Notes: generated by a model not told the origin, from the letters alone. A DNA stretch of 64,000 bases from Camelus ferus (GCF_009834535.1 NC_045705.1:28026001-28090000), one strand, 5' to 3'. Shown: positions 1-13,915, counted from the stretch's first letter. Numbers and translations: made by a program.

Positions 1-202
1 TAGGTTTCAGTAGAGCTCTGAACTAGAGATAGAGTTTGGAGGTGAGTCATCTCTGAGTGATAATCTCATTGAAGAAAGGAGACTGGAGATAATCTGAGGA
101 CAAAGGAGAGAATGTAAAGAGAAAATGAGGACCGAGCTCTCTTACATCAAGGGCTGCCTGGAGCGTATAGTGAGAAGGAAGTATCATTTTTTTGCACAGG
201 TT

Positions 203-495
203 CTGTACTGTCCGACAGAAATACAATGTGAGCCACATATGTAATTTTAACGTGTCTAGTAGCCACATTTTTAAAAAGTAAAAAGGAACAAGTGAAGCTA
301 ATTTTAATAATGAAACTAATTTTCGTAATATCCAAAATATTGTCACTTTACCATGTGATCCACATAAAAAGTTTCAAAATATTTCACATTCTTTTTCCAA
401 GTCGTCAAGTCTAGCATTCATTTTACATTTATAACATATCTCAGTTCAGACTAGCTGCATTGTAAGTGTTCAGTAGCCACATGTGCCTAGTGATG
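203..495. mobile_element. MER33-like hAT-Charlie DNA transposon fossil
   Basis: ctgtccgacagaaatacaatgtgagccacatatgtaatttt...gtagccacatgtgcctagtg. Confidence 0.75.
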
Positions 496-589
496 GGCAT
501 CCAGTTCTAGTTCATCTTGGCTGTCTCTCCTCCTCAGTTTGTGTAGGAGAGCCATAAATGATTTCTAGATTTTTTTTTTTATGCTTTAA

Positions 590-805
590 CATGGTTTTCA
601 ACCAGGGGCAATTTTGCAATGTCTCGCAATATCCAGAGACATTTCTGGTTGTCACCAACTGAGGGGTAGGAGAAAGAAGTTCTCCAGGCTCCTAATGGGT
701 AGAGGTGAGGGCCACTGTTAAACATCCTACAATGTACAGGGCCGACCCCCACAGCAGAGAGTTATCAGCCTGAAATCTCAACGGTGCTGAGGTTGAGAAA
801 CCCTG
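590..805. mobile_element. MER20 hAT-Charlie MITE
   Basis: Inverted ends catggttttcaacc / ggttgagaaaccctg; internal taaacatcctacaatg. Confidence 0.8.
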
Positions 806-3800
806 CTTTGAAGTTATACTGTAATTAAACAGTTCTGACTGAATACTTACTGAGACACACACACACACATATATACACAGACAACTTAAGTTTTGATTTC
901 TAGGCTGGTTACAGATCAACAATAGAAATAATTATTGCTAGTGTCTACATGATCCTTTATAAAGTTTATAGCAGCACTTTCACATACAGTATACTATTAA
1001 TTGGCTATATATTTCATTTTCTCCCTATTCTACCAGAACTGTGTCCTTAATCATAAGCTTTGTGTAATTATTATTGATATTTATTAGCAAATATCTTATA
1101 TTGCACTGTAATTTTAATTTGTCAAGATTTTTGAGGAAACTATTAAAACACCTTTATGAGCTAAATTTTATCTTATTGCTAGGTCGTATTCCAACTCAAA
1201 TCTTAATAGTTCTTTCTCTAGTATGAGTATAACCCTCTAGAACTTGTGGGGGAAAGGTCTGTTGTTTATGTTTTCTTTTTCTTGTGATTACTTGGGCCTT
1301 GACTTTCTCTCTCTTCCCTCTCTCCTCCCCATCCAGATCCCACAGACCCCCACCTCTGTATAATAAGGGGGAAATAATCTTATTTATTCTCCTTCCTCCT
1401 CTGCTTACTATCAGTGCCACCTTTATAACATTCCCTAAAATAACAAACATGTAATTCATTTCTAATAACATCTAGCAATCCATATCAAGTCAGAGGAAGA
1501 AATTTTTTTCTACTGAGTATTAATGAAACCAGGAATGATAAAAAAGAAATGTAAATCACTAAGATATGTTCCATTTGTTTGAATAGCATTAGCCACCAAA
1601 GCATAGTCAGTGCTTAATTAAGAAAATTAATATTTTCAGAATTACAACGGAGAGTGCTAAAGCTCTTTGTTATGAAAGAAACATTAAGTTTTCAATAGGA
1701 TAAGTGGAAAGAAAATGGCTGTGAATTGTGTGAATTTATACTGAAAGGTCACCGTAACTTGATATAAATGCGAAAGGTTGAGACGATGGATTCTTAACTC
1801 TGTTATGTAGAATAAGTAAGCACCTGCTGTCTTCTCTCAGGTGAATGCCAAGAAACACAGATTTGAGAAAGCTTAAAAAACTTCAGCTATTTAGAGATAA
1901 TGACATCAATACTGCTTTCAATAAGCAAACAATTGGTTAACAAAATGTGGCTGCTATAATGCTTACTTGATTCCTCAAGAGAGACTCTCATGTGTGTTCC
2001 AGATTGGTTTGAAGGACTTTGTACAGTACATCATGGGAGGCGTAATTTACCAAGGCCAGAGGAGTAGCCTTGATATTGAAGTATGCTACAGACAATACTT
2101 TTTTCAAATTCCACTATGACTTTTTTAACTTTTAAAAAGTGGCATTCTTTATTCTAGGAGCAAAAATAGAAAGGTCCTTCTGGAAAAAGATAGTTATTTA
2201 GTTTGTGATTCATTTGGAAACAAAAACCACCAACCATAGCTTTATTCAAGCTTTTAATGCATCCTAGACCAAGAATTTCCCCATGCCAAATGCATTATTT
2301 ATGTAAGTTGTAGAGTCAAGAGAATCAGTTGGTATAGGGTGACCTGTCTGTCTTCAGGCCTTTTTATTACCCATCAGCTTTTTTCTATCTGTACACAGTG
2401 CCCATAATTTTATTAAGAGGCATCATTTAAGGAACAATATGTATAAATAATAAAAGTCAGTTAATTACAAAAAAAAATCATTGATTGCAAAAGCTGGAAT
2501 AGACCATATTAGCCTCTTTTCTTCCTGTGCTCTTTATGAGTGAATACTTTCTTCATTAATGTGGTTGGTGGGTTATTTTTAATTAGTATCCTTCCTTCTC
2601 CTCAGCTGCATATAAAAATATCTTTTGATTATCTTTGCCCATGCATCTTTATGGATTATGGGAGATACTTGGGAGTGATTTCTGGTCAAGGTGTCAGAGT
2701 AGTAGGACCACAAGCTCGCCTCTCCTTGCAACTACAACAAAACCACCATCGACTGCTGAACAGCCATCGGAATATACTTGGGAAGCATTTGTGTTCTGTT
2801 ATTCTCCCTACAATCTAGTATTTCCCAGAATGTTCTGGGATGGAGAGTAGCTGAATGTTGGGAACAAGTATCTTAAAAGGTAGTTTGAGCAGAGATGAAT
2901 AGTCAAGATCGGTCTACTCTGTGTCTGTTTATGCTTGATTTTCAAAGCTTCTTAACAAAAGACCCAAGAGTATTATCAGCTACTTAAAGGAAGGTACTCG
3001 TTGACTTCAAAATGGCAGATTCCCAGGTAGTTAATTTCTTTGAGATCCAGAGACGGCTTCCTTATAGTTCAGTCTCCAAAGTGTCAAAGGAAGAGGAAAT
3101 AGATTTAGGCCTAGGAGAGGGAGCTACAGGGCTGCAGGAACTGGGTTGAGGAAGACTCTTCTAGGAAAAGGGAAGGAAGAAATCTTGAACATCCTGGGAA
3201 GTTATGTGGCTTCTCAGTCCCAACTGATAAAGGAAGTTACAAGTAGAAGAGTCTTGCTGCTTCTCAGAGGGTTTAAAAATAAACAAAACTAAAGAACTTT
3301 ACTCATTGGAAGTTAGTTTTAAATTGCCTTCTTTTGAAAGGTAAGTATCTCTGAGAGGGCGATGACGTATTCATTCACATCTTATTGGGATTAGTACATT
3401 CAGTTTATTACCTGTCTGCTTATTGGATCAGTCACCTTGCGGGAATGGCTATTTTAGTCAGTGAAAGACATGGGAAATCATTTTGAAATGGAGAGGAGAG
3501 GCTTAAAGAGGAAACTATAGTGGTACGTTGGTGATTAGTGGGATGCTGAGAGGGGAGGAAAAATAGGAGGGCAAAAATAAAGTAGTTGAGAGAATGCCAA
3601 CCATAAACTTCATATGTTTGGAAATACCCTCCTCCTTTTTTTTTTTTTTTCCTTTAGCCCAGGTATAAAATGACTCAGGCTCAAGAAAGGACAGAGGCTA
3701 TCATTTTTAAATATCCAGGTGAGGATTACGGGAGCGTGGTAGGATATTTTAGAGAGGGTGGGGTTTCTCTTTTATGCCAGGATATGATTTTCCTGCCTTC

Positions 3801-3827
3801 TGGGGTTGAGGATACTTCCAAAACTTT

Positions 3828-4843
3828 CCTTTTATAATTCAATCGAATTCTGTCCCTAGCCACCCAGAGTTAGTGTAGACTCCACAAGTTCAAGGACTCA
3901 GTCCCCAATAAGACTGCCCTTACTTCAGACACCAGCTGCAAGTTTGAGGGTCCCCAGGCCACCTACACTTCTGACCAACTGGCTCCAAATTTGGGGGTTC
4001 CCATGACCCCTTCAGGTTCAATAATTTGCTATAATTAAAATTACAGTTGTATTATGAAGGATACAAATCAAGACCAGCTAAGTGAAGAGACACATAGGGC
4101 AGGGTCTGAGAGGGTTCCAGACACAGAGCTTCTGTGCCCTCTCCTTGTGGAGTCAGGACTCCTCACCCTTTCCACACATCTGTGTGTTCACCAACCGGAA
4201 GCTCCACTGAGCTCAGTGTCCAGAGTTTTTATTGGGGTTTCATTATGTAGGTGTGATTAGTCAAATCATTGGCCAAGTGATTAACTCGATTTCCAGCTCC
4301 CCCCCGCTTTTCCAGAGTCTAGGCTGGCTCCAACTCTAGTCACACAGTTGCTCTTTCTGGTGACCAACTTCTGTTCTTTTTAGGCACATCTAAACATTTA
4401 TTTAGTAAATGAGAAAACACATCCATTGTTCTTCTTGTGAGATAGTCTGATAAATGTATTTTCTTTCTTTTTTTTTTGACTTTTTATTGAGTTATAGTCA
4501 TTTTACAGTGTTGTGTCAAATTGCAGTGTAGAGCACAATTTTTCAGTTATGCATGAACATACATATATTCATTGTCACGTTTTTTTTTTTTTTGCTGTGA
4601 GCCACCACAAGATCTTGTATATATTTCCCGGTGCTATGCAGTATAACCTTGTTTATCTATGCTACATATGCCTGTCGACCAACCTCTGTTCTGATTCATC
4701 TTATTAGCATAAACTCAGGTGTAATCCAAAGCCCTGCCATGAATAACAGAGACATTACCATCACCCTGGAGATTCCAAGGGTTTAGAGCCTCCACTCTAG
4801 GATTCTGGGACAAAGACCAGGCAAATTCTTTATTACATAGCAC
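3828..4843 (-). mobile_element. MER21-like solo LTR, interrupted by an L1 insertion at 4378-4676
   Basis: ctcagtccccaataagactgcccttacttcagac and terminal gggacaaagaccaggcaaattctttatt. Confidence 0.7.
4378..4676 (-). mobile_element. 5'-truncated L1 3' end with an apparent 3'-transduced segment
   Basis: TSD gaccaac(t/c)tctgttct at 4362-4377 and 4677-4692; 4480-4660 is the reverse complement of the L1 3'UTR seen at 55285-55450. Confidence 0.88.
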
Positions 4844-4859
4844 CTTTTCTTTCCTATTT

Positions 4860-5560
4860 GTTGACTGATTCATTCAGTCAGTCATGCGCTCGCTCATTCA
4901 TTCAACAAGTAAGATTCCAGAGATAAAGCAGCAAGCAAAACTGATACTGTTTTTGCTTTCATGGAAGACAGCCACTGAACAAGTGATTGGGAGCATGTTG
5001 CATGTAATGAAAGGGTATGTTACTGAGGAGGCTAAGAGTGTTGGAGACAATCTTTCTGAAAAAGTAATAATTTAAGTTGAGACCTGAAGGCTAATTAACT
5101 CTGAGAGGAGAGATGTTTCCAGGTAGAAGAAGCAGTACGTACAATAGCCCTGAGGTGAACCGCACCTGGCAAGTTGGAGGAACTGACAGGAGATCTGTAA
5201 ACCTAGAGCACGGATTGCAAAGATGACAGCGGCTAGACTCTGGAGATTAAGCAGCACCAGATCACAAAAGGCTTAGAAAATCAGGCTGATACGTTTGGGC
5301 TTTTAATAAAGGACAATGTAGACGTTGTAGAGCTCTAAGTAGTAAGTTGAGATCACACTAGGATTTTAGAGAGATCATTCTGACTGTGAAGTGGAAGAGG
5401 CAAGAACTGATAGCAAGGAGACCAGTAAGGCTACTTCAGCAATCAAGCTAAGATGAGGATGGCTTCTCTAAGGATGATGGCAGTGAGAGTGAATACAAGT
5501 AAACTGACTAGAGAGATGTCTAGGAAATAGAAATAGGTCTAATTTCTGATGACGTCCTCA
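4860..5560 (-). mobile_element. L2 fragment
   Basis: (ATTC)n-type L2 tail at 4869-4905 followed by typical L2 body (gagacctgaagg, agatcattctgactg, ggagaccagtaaggcta). Confidence 0.65.
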
Positions 5561-6959
5561 TTAGAGGTCTTGTCTGACAGAAGGAATGAAGAAGAATAGT
5601 AGTTTGTTTTTAATTAGTACTGCCAAGATTCATTAAGTGTTTTTTATATGCCAGTCACTGTGCTAATGAATCTCATTTAATCCTCAACAGTCCTGTCAGA
5701 TATTTAATATTGCTATGCCCATTTACAGATAAGAAATGGACTTACTTTGGTTAAATGCACTGTCCAGGATTATACAGTTACTAATTAGCAACTTCCAGTT
5801 GACTTGAGCAACTGGATTGCCTTAAGACAAGACACCCTGGACCAGGAGCACTTCTGTAGAGAAAAAGGATGATTTCATTTGGGGATATGTTGAATCTGAG
5901 AGAGCTATGAGAAATCCCAGTGCAGATCCAAGTAGACAGCCGGATCTGGCATAAATGCCCTCCTATATGTTGCGTGAAGCAGAAGCCTGGTGTAGCCGAT
6001 CACAGCAAGCAGAATAGGTATGTGGAATTTTTTTTTTCTAGGAGACTCATCAGGAACATTATTAGACTAAATAGAGTGCCTTATAGTTCCATTAGATGTA
6101 CTGAATGAGATTGGATTTCTAAAGTGGGAATAAGACCTACACTTCAAATGTATTTCCTTTTACTCGAAAACCACTAATGGTATTAATTAGAGTAAAACCT
6201 TTAACTTAAAGGTTTAACTTAGGTAATTTGTTGTGATTTTGGAAATGTAAGTAGAGCCGTAATTCATGAAATTGATATGTATTCCTCCCATTCGCTGAGA
6301 GTTAACCGCCAGCCTTCTGCCATCCTTCTTTCCTCATCCTCTTCCAAGTTTATGTATGGCAAACTTTACGTGGTTCTGTAATGAGCATCACATAGCAGTT
6401 TATAATTAAACAGTGGAAATGAGATGTTCTGTTGTGTTGCTTCTGTCTCGATCTTAATTTTCCAATTTCTGAGTGAAAGCACTGCACATTTAAAGCCTTG
6501 TAAACTCTCTTTTATTTAGAAATTGCTACTCACAAGTGTATGAAAACTGTAAAGTTTGCAAAATGTTTTACTTGGTGTTCCAAATATCATCTGTCAGAGT
6601 CTGAACATGTGCTAGCTACAGCAATATGTTAAATAAGGCAAAGAGGGAATTTTCTTTGCATCACTTTCCAAACTCTGTAGATTCTAAGATTAGATCTACT
6701 TGAATGAAGTAAAGAGGGTGGAGGAGCAATTAGGATAAATTCAATCAGTGTAAACAGTTATTCTGGTTAACTGTTGCTTAGAGCTCCCTTTCAGAAGGAT
6801 CTCTCCACTTTAACACTGGTCACATTTTTTATTAATAACAGAGCCTGTGGCTGTCCTGCCGTAGCCCCACCCAGCACCTACGTAGTGTTGGGTGCAAAAC
6901 AGGGGTTCAGTGAATACTTGTTGAATAAATGACCACACAACAATAATGACTCTTTCTCC

Positions 6960-7180
6960 TCCATTTATTAACATACTAGTATATTCCAGGCATTGGGTTA
7001 CAGACTTTATGCTTATTATCTCTTTTAATTCTTAAATTGTTATCCCTATTTTATATATAAAGGTGATGAGGAAACTGAGGCTTATTGGGGTGCAATCACT
7101 TGACTCTTGTTAGGATCTGGTAGCAGTAGGACCAGGACTGAAACTTGGGTCTGTTGGACTTTGAGATCCATACCCTTCTC
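6960..7180 (-). mobile_element. MIR
   Basis: gatgaggaaactgaggctt core. Confidence 0.65.
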
Positions 7181-10160
7181 GTACAGAAGCTTAAGACATG
7201 AGAAGTTTCTCCCACTTGTGGTATTACTTAGGTCTACATTTAAAAACTTTAGTATATTTTGAAATATTATTTTTATTAATGAACTCTAATAGCCTTTCCA
7301 TCTCTCTAGTCTTTCTTTTGGGTGCTTGACCTGTATTAGTGTGTGCAACTATAGATATGACTGAAATAGAAACTTAAACATTTTCTACTTTAATATGATG
7401 AGGAAGGAATAGAGAATACTTTGCATTATTTGATACATATATGAAGCCCAACCTTTAGGCAGCATATTTTTAAACCACCTTGTCTTTTTAGGTCTGATAA
7501 ATCTGGAAAAGGCAGCAGGTTGGAGGTGATCCTGTGTGTGGTTACCCATATCTGTTATTGGTGTGTTTGTTAGTGGACTTTGATTCTCTAGTAATTTATT
7601 GTCATTTTTTCCTCCCTCGTGCCCAACCCAGATACAACAATCTAATTTCCTAATGACATCATTATCTCTATAGCAGCTGGTTTTGATAACGGATTCTAAG
7701 TCCAGTAAAGTCAGAAGCAGCAGCAAATGAATTTAGAAGAAACAAATCTTGTGTGTATTCTTGTCATTAAGTACGAAGTGTGGAAATGATTTTTAAACAG
7801 TAGTATGATGTAATGGAGAATATTTACATAACATTCAGAAATACTCTGTGGATTTTCTGAGTCTTTCAAATATAGTCCTTACTGGTATTGGTGTTCACGA
7901 CAGTTCTGGGTGGCAGACGTGGAGAGCACTGCTGAGGACAAAGCACTGACACTTCTTCCCTGCAAAAATCCCGCAACATCTCTTTCCACTTACCTTTCCT
8001 TATTCTTGGTCTGGCTTCACCTCTGTTCTCCATCTGCCTCATCTCTTCTGTTGAGCTCTTCCCAGTCTTAGAACTCCATTGAGAGACTGATGGGAAAGGT
8101 TGTATATCTGTTCATGGCCCTGTCACGATTATTGGGGTAGTGGTTGGAATTCAGACATTACACGGACATCCTTCTTTTTCTGAAAGACATGGTGTGTTAC
8201 ATGAGTTAAAACGGTTTTTCAAGTTTTTCAAATAAAAAAATTTAAATCTGCCTCTGATGCCTCACTTGAAGAATTCAAGAAAACTCACGAATGAACAGAT
8301 ATTAAATGCCAGTTTAAAGTGCTACCATTTAAAAGGGATTTTCAACTATCTGAATAATGTTGGAACTACTTGTGGCATTGTTTGGTTTGGTGAATCCTGT
8401 AATGAATCCTGTAATGTATAAAGATGGAATTGCATGTACCCATTCTTAATGAGATTAAATTATAATGGAAATATTTCATCCTTCACTCCCACCCAAAGCC
8501 TGTTTTCTTCCTTTTCCAAGTCCCTGAAAGCTTTCTGCCTGCCGTTTGGTTATTGCTGCCACCTAATGTCTCAAAGTAAAACTGCAATGAGTCTGCCTTT
8601 TCCAAAAGACTCGCATGATTGTGCCGTTTATGAAAATAACTATTTGAGAGCAACAGTTGTTTTTCTGTCTACTCTTAAATAATAGCACTCTTAAGTGATT
8701 AGTTATTGTGGAGAGATGATGGGCAGCAGATATGCCGCTAGTGGAAGGTAGAGTGAATAAAGCAGGGAGGGATGTGAGAGTCCTCATCCCCAGTAAAGGA
8801 CAACTTGCCAGTGTGACCTTGCCAAGTACTTCCCTGCATAAAATCAGGCTCCGTGCTCTGAAAGAGCTCTTCCAGCTTTAACGCTTTTTTTTTTCCCTGT
8901 GTGTATTTTTGGTTATAAAAGCAAATAGCCTTTATACTGTGATACTCTTTATTTCTTTGGGCTTAAGTTCAGTATTGACCGTGTTCTCATTTAGGGTTGT
9001 GTTAAATAGATGATCACGTTTTCATTGTGTGAGTAGATAGCTTTGATAGCTTTCTTTTGCTCAGTTAGCAGAGACAGATCTGAAGACTTTCTGTTGTAAA
9101 TACAGCCTTGCTTGCTTGCTTATTCATGGGCTTCCTTAGCTTGACTGTCCTTGTTAGCACCTGCTGCAAAGATTGCAAAGTCAACTGTGCTGCTTACAAC
9201 ATTTCCGGATTTTTTAAAAAAGACAAATCTGGATTTTAAAAGACTTACAATTACACTATTCAGTTTTCTTTAGCATTTTGAAATACAGCATTAATATCTC
9301 CATGGGCTAAAACGAGATCTGAAGAGAGAAAGTTTTCTAGATACCAGAGAGTGAAGGGAGATGGAGTTCACTGTATGTAACGGAATTTTCTTTAACTCTT
9401 GCAGAATATTACAATTTGGCAAAAACCTTCCCTTGAGGATTCTGTCATCTTAAACTGACTTTGTAAAGAATATATGGTTTATATGTAGCATTTTAACAGA
9501 TATTTTGGTTGTTCCGTTTCTCTTATAACACTGTAAGTCACCCTTTATAACTCTATAGATGGTTAAAGCAAAGTCAAGTGAATGTAAACCTTCACCTTCA
9601 AATAGTTTTGGCTCAGTTAACGGATCTTTTATAGAATTCCTAGAACCTCTGGTGGGTGGAGACCTTTTGAATAAAATAAAAATGGATTTGAACCTGCTCT
9701 TATTGTTTTGTTTAGATACCATACCTATTCAGATTGGGACGAATCCTAATTAAATACAGTTTGCTTTGTCACTGTCCTTTGCTTACAGATTTTCAGACAG
9801 GTTTCAGTGATCTTGTTCAAGCCATCCTGACCGAATTGTGCAGGTAAAATCTTGAGACTCACAGCCTCAAGTGACTGGCTTACTGCTAAATTTAGAACCC
9901 TTATTGAATCCCTCTGAAAGACTAATTTTGTTAGTCTATTGAAAAAGTTACTATTACTACTGTCAGGTTTATCTGGCACAACTCCTGCTAAGCTTTAGCA
10001 GACTGATCAGAATTTCATTATCTTTTTGCTCCTGAAACCTTTCTTTTCAAATACTTTACAGTTTTATTAAACATTGCTATCAGATTTCTGTTTATTATCC
10101 AATTATTACTGACATTTTTTCCTGGACTGAATACTGAATGAAGGCATAGGGTGGCTTTAA

Positions 10161-10333
10161 AGTAGTGGTTAAGAGCCTAGCCTCTGAAGTCAGATTTCCC
10201 GAGTTTGAATCTCGGTCTTACTTTGCTCTGTGACCCTGGATAGGTTATTTAACCGCTGTGAACTGCAGTTTCCTAATATGTAAAAGGGAGATAATAATAG
10301 GAACTAGCTAAATAGGACTGTTGCAATGATTAA
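10161..10333 (+). mobile_element. MIR
   Basis: gtggttaagagc...gagtttgaatc...tgtgaccctgg...cagtttcctaatatgtaaaa. Confidence 0.75.
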
Positions 10334-11354
10334 AGGTAGACAGACAGACAGACAGTTTATCCATTTCATTTTTAGTTAAGATAAATTCAAAGATACTTTA
10401 TTTTTTGATTCTTGCAAATGTTCCTTATTCTGGGTTTATCTTTGTCTTCTAGAGCTAGGGGAAAAAACCATAGAATACCTGAGTGTTAATCATGTGACTA
10501 ATTACATATACATTTTTTCATGGCTTCTCAGTTGTCTCGTAACCCCAACCTTCGGTGAAGTGATTGAGGAGGGAAGATACAAGGAGGGCGAAGACATAGC
10601 CTCGACTTCCAGATCTAGTAGGGATGGATGGTCCATTGGAGATGTTAGGTCTGACCCACTCTCTTGGCCTCCACAGAGGAGCCTTCTCTCACATCCCAGA
10701 TGAGGTCTGGGACAGGCTCCCAGGGCACTCTGTCCTTTGTGATGAAATAATTGTTCGATTCTTTTCATTTAGTGCCTTTCTCTTCCTACTGGATAGTTTG
10801 CTCCATGATGTCACAAACTGCCTTTTTCTTTCTGTTTTTTTCTAGTTCCTAGTCCAGGTCTTGAATGATTAAACAAACTCTTGTTTTAGACATGAAGACA
10901 CTGAGATGCGTATTGCACGTGACTCATCCCACGTCATGTATTTTCTGAAACAGTTACATAGAAGTCCAGTTTCTATCCTCCTGCCCTGCAGTGCTCTCCA
11001 CTTCTTCTACTACACTATGAAAATTTAAGATCTAGAGAGGCGTTAAGGAGTATTTACAAGTAACTGTATTACAGAGGTGAAATACACACACACTCCAAGG
11101 GGCTATGGACATTCAGAGGCAAATAAAAAGTCATTTTGCCAGGGGTTGGGTAGTAGGTACAGAAATGCTTAATGAAGCAGGAGACATTTGAACTGTCCTT
11201 ATGGGTAGGTTTTGGATAGAAAGGTCACTCTAGACATAAACAGCATTTTATGAAATTGTATGTATCATCTTAGTCTTAATATCGTTAATCCCACTATTTC
11301 AATAAATCTATAAAATGTATATGTTAGCCAGCTAATGATCTTGTTTTATTTCAG

Positions 11355-11419
11355 TGAACAATGTGGGAATGTCGTATCAGTATCCCGAGTACTTTCTGGA
11401 AATTCCTGACTTGGACAAT
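11355..11419 (+). CDS. HSD17B12: HSD17B12 coding exon (human exon 5 equivalent), (V)NNVGMSYQYPEYFLEIPDLDN
   Basis: ttttatttcag| acceptor and |gtaagt donor; 65 nt; carries the SDR NNxG motif; peptide matches recalled HSD17B12 VNNVGMSYEYPEYFLDVPDLDN. Confidence 0.96.
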
Positions 11420-12262
11420 GTAAGTCGTTCTTTGTGGATTATGGTAACAAACAGAATGCATGCAGGTATTGGACAGGCGACATGGTATCATGTTCAGACT
11501 GTGAGCCCTAAAGTCCGGCTAACCAAGGCTCACACCTGGTTCTTGTACTCTCTATCTGAGGTTCCCCCGGGGTGATCCCAACCATACTTGGTCTCCATTC
11601 CCTCATCTATAAAATAGGCAGCTTTACAGGGATGTTAGAATGATTGAATGAGAAAATATTTATAACCTCATTTGTACAGTGCCAAGTTCAATAATAGCTT
11701 TAGTTTTATTATTATCATTTTGATTATATCAAAACAGCCCTGTTTAAGTATCAGGATTCTATACATCAACTTAAAAACCATTAAATGTGTTAATAGACAG
11801 CAGTATGGTTGATTCAGATAAACTAACTCTACCCAAATGAAAGCTATATTCTTGATGCATGTATAATTCTTTAATAAAAACTAGAAAAGCATTTCATTGA
11901 AGGAATATGTAAATTAAAAAAATTGTTGAAAATTTTAGATTCAATAATTTCTCCTTTGCATATTAGCAGAGAGGAAGTGGCATATTTATTTTAGGTTTAA
12001 TGGGTCTTTTTGCTTGCAGATTTCACTTGCACTTATACCTTGGGTTTGGCATATCAGCATGAATTGCTGCATTTGGTAGAAAAGTATTATAACATAGAGT
12101 AAAATAAAACCTGCCTCTTTACCCCAACTCCTGTCATTTTCCAAGGTCTCTGGTGTATCTGGGGAAACTTTCAATACATCTCTGGATTACCTACATATAT
12201 GTATATCTAATATGGTTATGTCCACGATCAAATCTGTATACAATTATCCATTTTTTTTGCAG

Positions 12263-12307
12263 ACCATCAAGAAACTGATAAATATTAATGTTCTTTCTGT
12301 TTGCAAG
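12263..12307 (+). CDS. HSD17B12: HSD17B12 coding exon (exon 6 equivalent), TIKKLININVLSVCK
   Basis: ttttttttgcag| acceptor, |gtaagc donor, 45 nt, phase 0-0, in frame with the previous exon. Confidence 0.95.
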
Positions 12308-13729
12308 GTAAGCAGCTTTTTATAAATATGTCATCTTTTTTTGGCTCTATTTAAAAACACTGGGATAATCATTTGTTCACTTTAGTCAGCTCTTATGTTG
12401 ACGTAAATATTATTCCAGATGAAGGCAATTATTTCCTTATGTCTTCAGGAAATAGAAAGAACTAACTTCCAAACAGGTGTCTGTATATTTTGCTTCTTAA
12501 CAGCTGAACGTTTATTAAATGCCTCCTATATGCAAATATGGTAGTGGGCCCTGGGACTGTATAGACTAACTTAGGCTAAAGATTGATTTTTACGAAGTTT
12601 TTATCTACATGCAATTCATCACTGGTAAATTGTTTCCATTCCACATCCCCTGTGGTACATGCAAGTTGGTGAGCTAAATGTTGTGGGAAAGCATTATATG
12701 GGAGGTATGGAACCATGGAGTGATGAGAGTGATTTGTGTTAGCCACACATAAAAACTACTCTCGTTTCTAGCTGCCAGGCATACATTATAGCCATGTCAC
12801 TTGTGTATGTTGACAAAAGACACCACAGCTAACATATGGTAAAAGGAATAATAGCCAGCAAGCCAGCATCTAAGCACCGTTTTCCCTTATATTTCAACAG
12901 TAACTACAAGGAGATACCATACCTTAATGATACATACCAGATCGGCAGGAAGTATTGCCTGAGGCAGAATGTCCATGTGTAATATCTGAACATACTTATG
13001 GGAAAGCCAAATCCTTTTCAATAACTCTTATATACTAATTGGAGAAAACCAAAAAACATTTAACTCAAAACTATTAGAATTGGCCAGATAAATATAAATA
13101 AGTATGTAATTACTAATTTTCTCTTTATGACATAGTTTTGATCTTTTTCTCTACTGTGAATATTTGAAGAAAAGTTCTCCTTTGTTTTCATGTCCTAAGA
13201 AATCATAACCATAACATTGTTGATTTCAAGTTTAAGGACCTTAAAATCTTATGTCTTGCCCAACTTTTCATATATGGCTGTGCCTCTCCTTGCGTAAAAC
13301 ATACGTTGCTTTTAAATCGTGTGATTAATTTAGTCTTTACATGATTTTAGTAATAGAGTTGATTCAGATAAACCAGCTCTACCAAAAAGAAATCTGTATC
13401 ACTGATGCTACATAAAGGCATCTCAAATGAATTATATTGTAATAAGACAAATAATTTTATAAAGTGAATTATCACTGTATCTTTTTTGTTGTTGTGATTG
13501 ACCACGGTTTTTTCTCAAGTAAGATTCAGTTTAAGTGAGGCAAATTACAAACAGGTGGATCTGCGAGTAGATTTAGAGCAAGACCCACATGCACAAAATT
13601 GATGCTTTTAAAACATGGTTAACATGAATGTATCTGTATAGCTTTAAAACTATTTCCCTTGGCATACTGATGTAAATGTAATCATTCTTCAATAAGCTGT
13701 ATGAAGTTTCAAGGTAATTAAATAACTAT

Positions 13730-13915
13730 CTATTACTAGTTATATGACTTTAAGTAAATTACTTACCCTCTAGCTTCAGTTTTTCACCTACAAATTAAGA
13801 ATGATGATTCTCTTTACCTCACAGAATTGTTTTGGGAATTAAACAGGGTAATAAGTGTAAACCTCTTAGAATAGCGCTGAGATCATAGTAAAGGCTCTAA
13901 AAAAATGTTACTATT
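13730..13915 (+). mobile_element. MIR
   Basis: tgactttaagtaaattactta...cttcagtttttcacctacaaa. Confidence 0.65.

Noticed and set aside
10916..10936. Overlapping E-box, AP-1 and half-CRE motifs
   Set aside because: Appears to lie in a decayed MIR-like remnant; short motifs with no further support
1..11354. Upstream HSD17B12 exons (TGxxxGIG motif, exon 4 peptide)
   Set aside because: Not found by eye; the window appears to start inside intron 4
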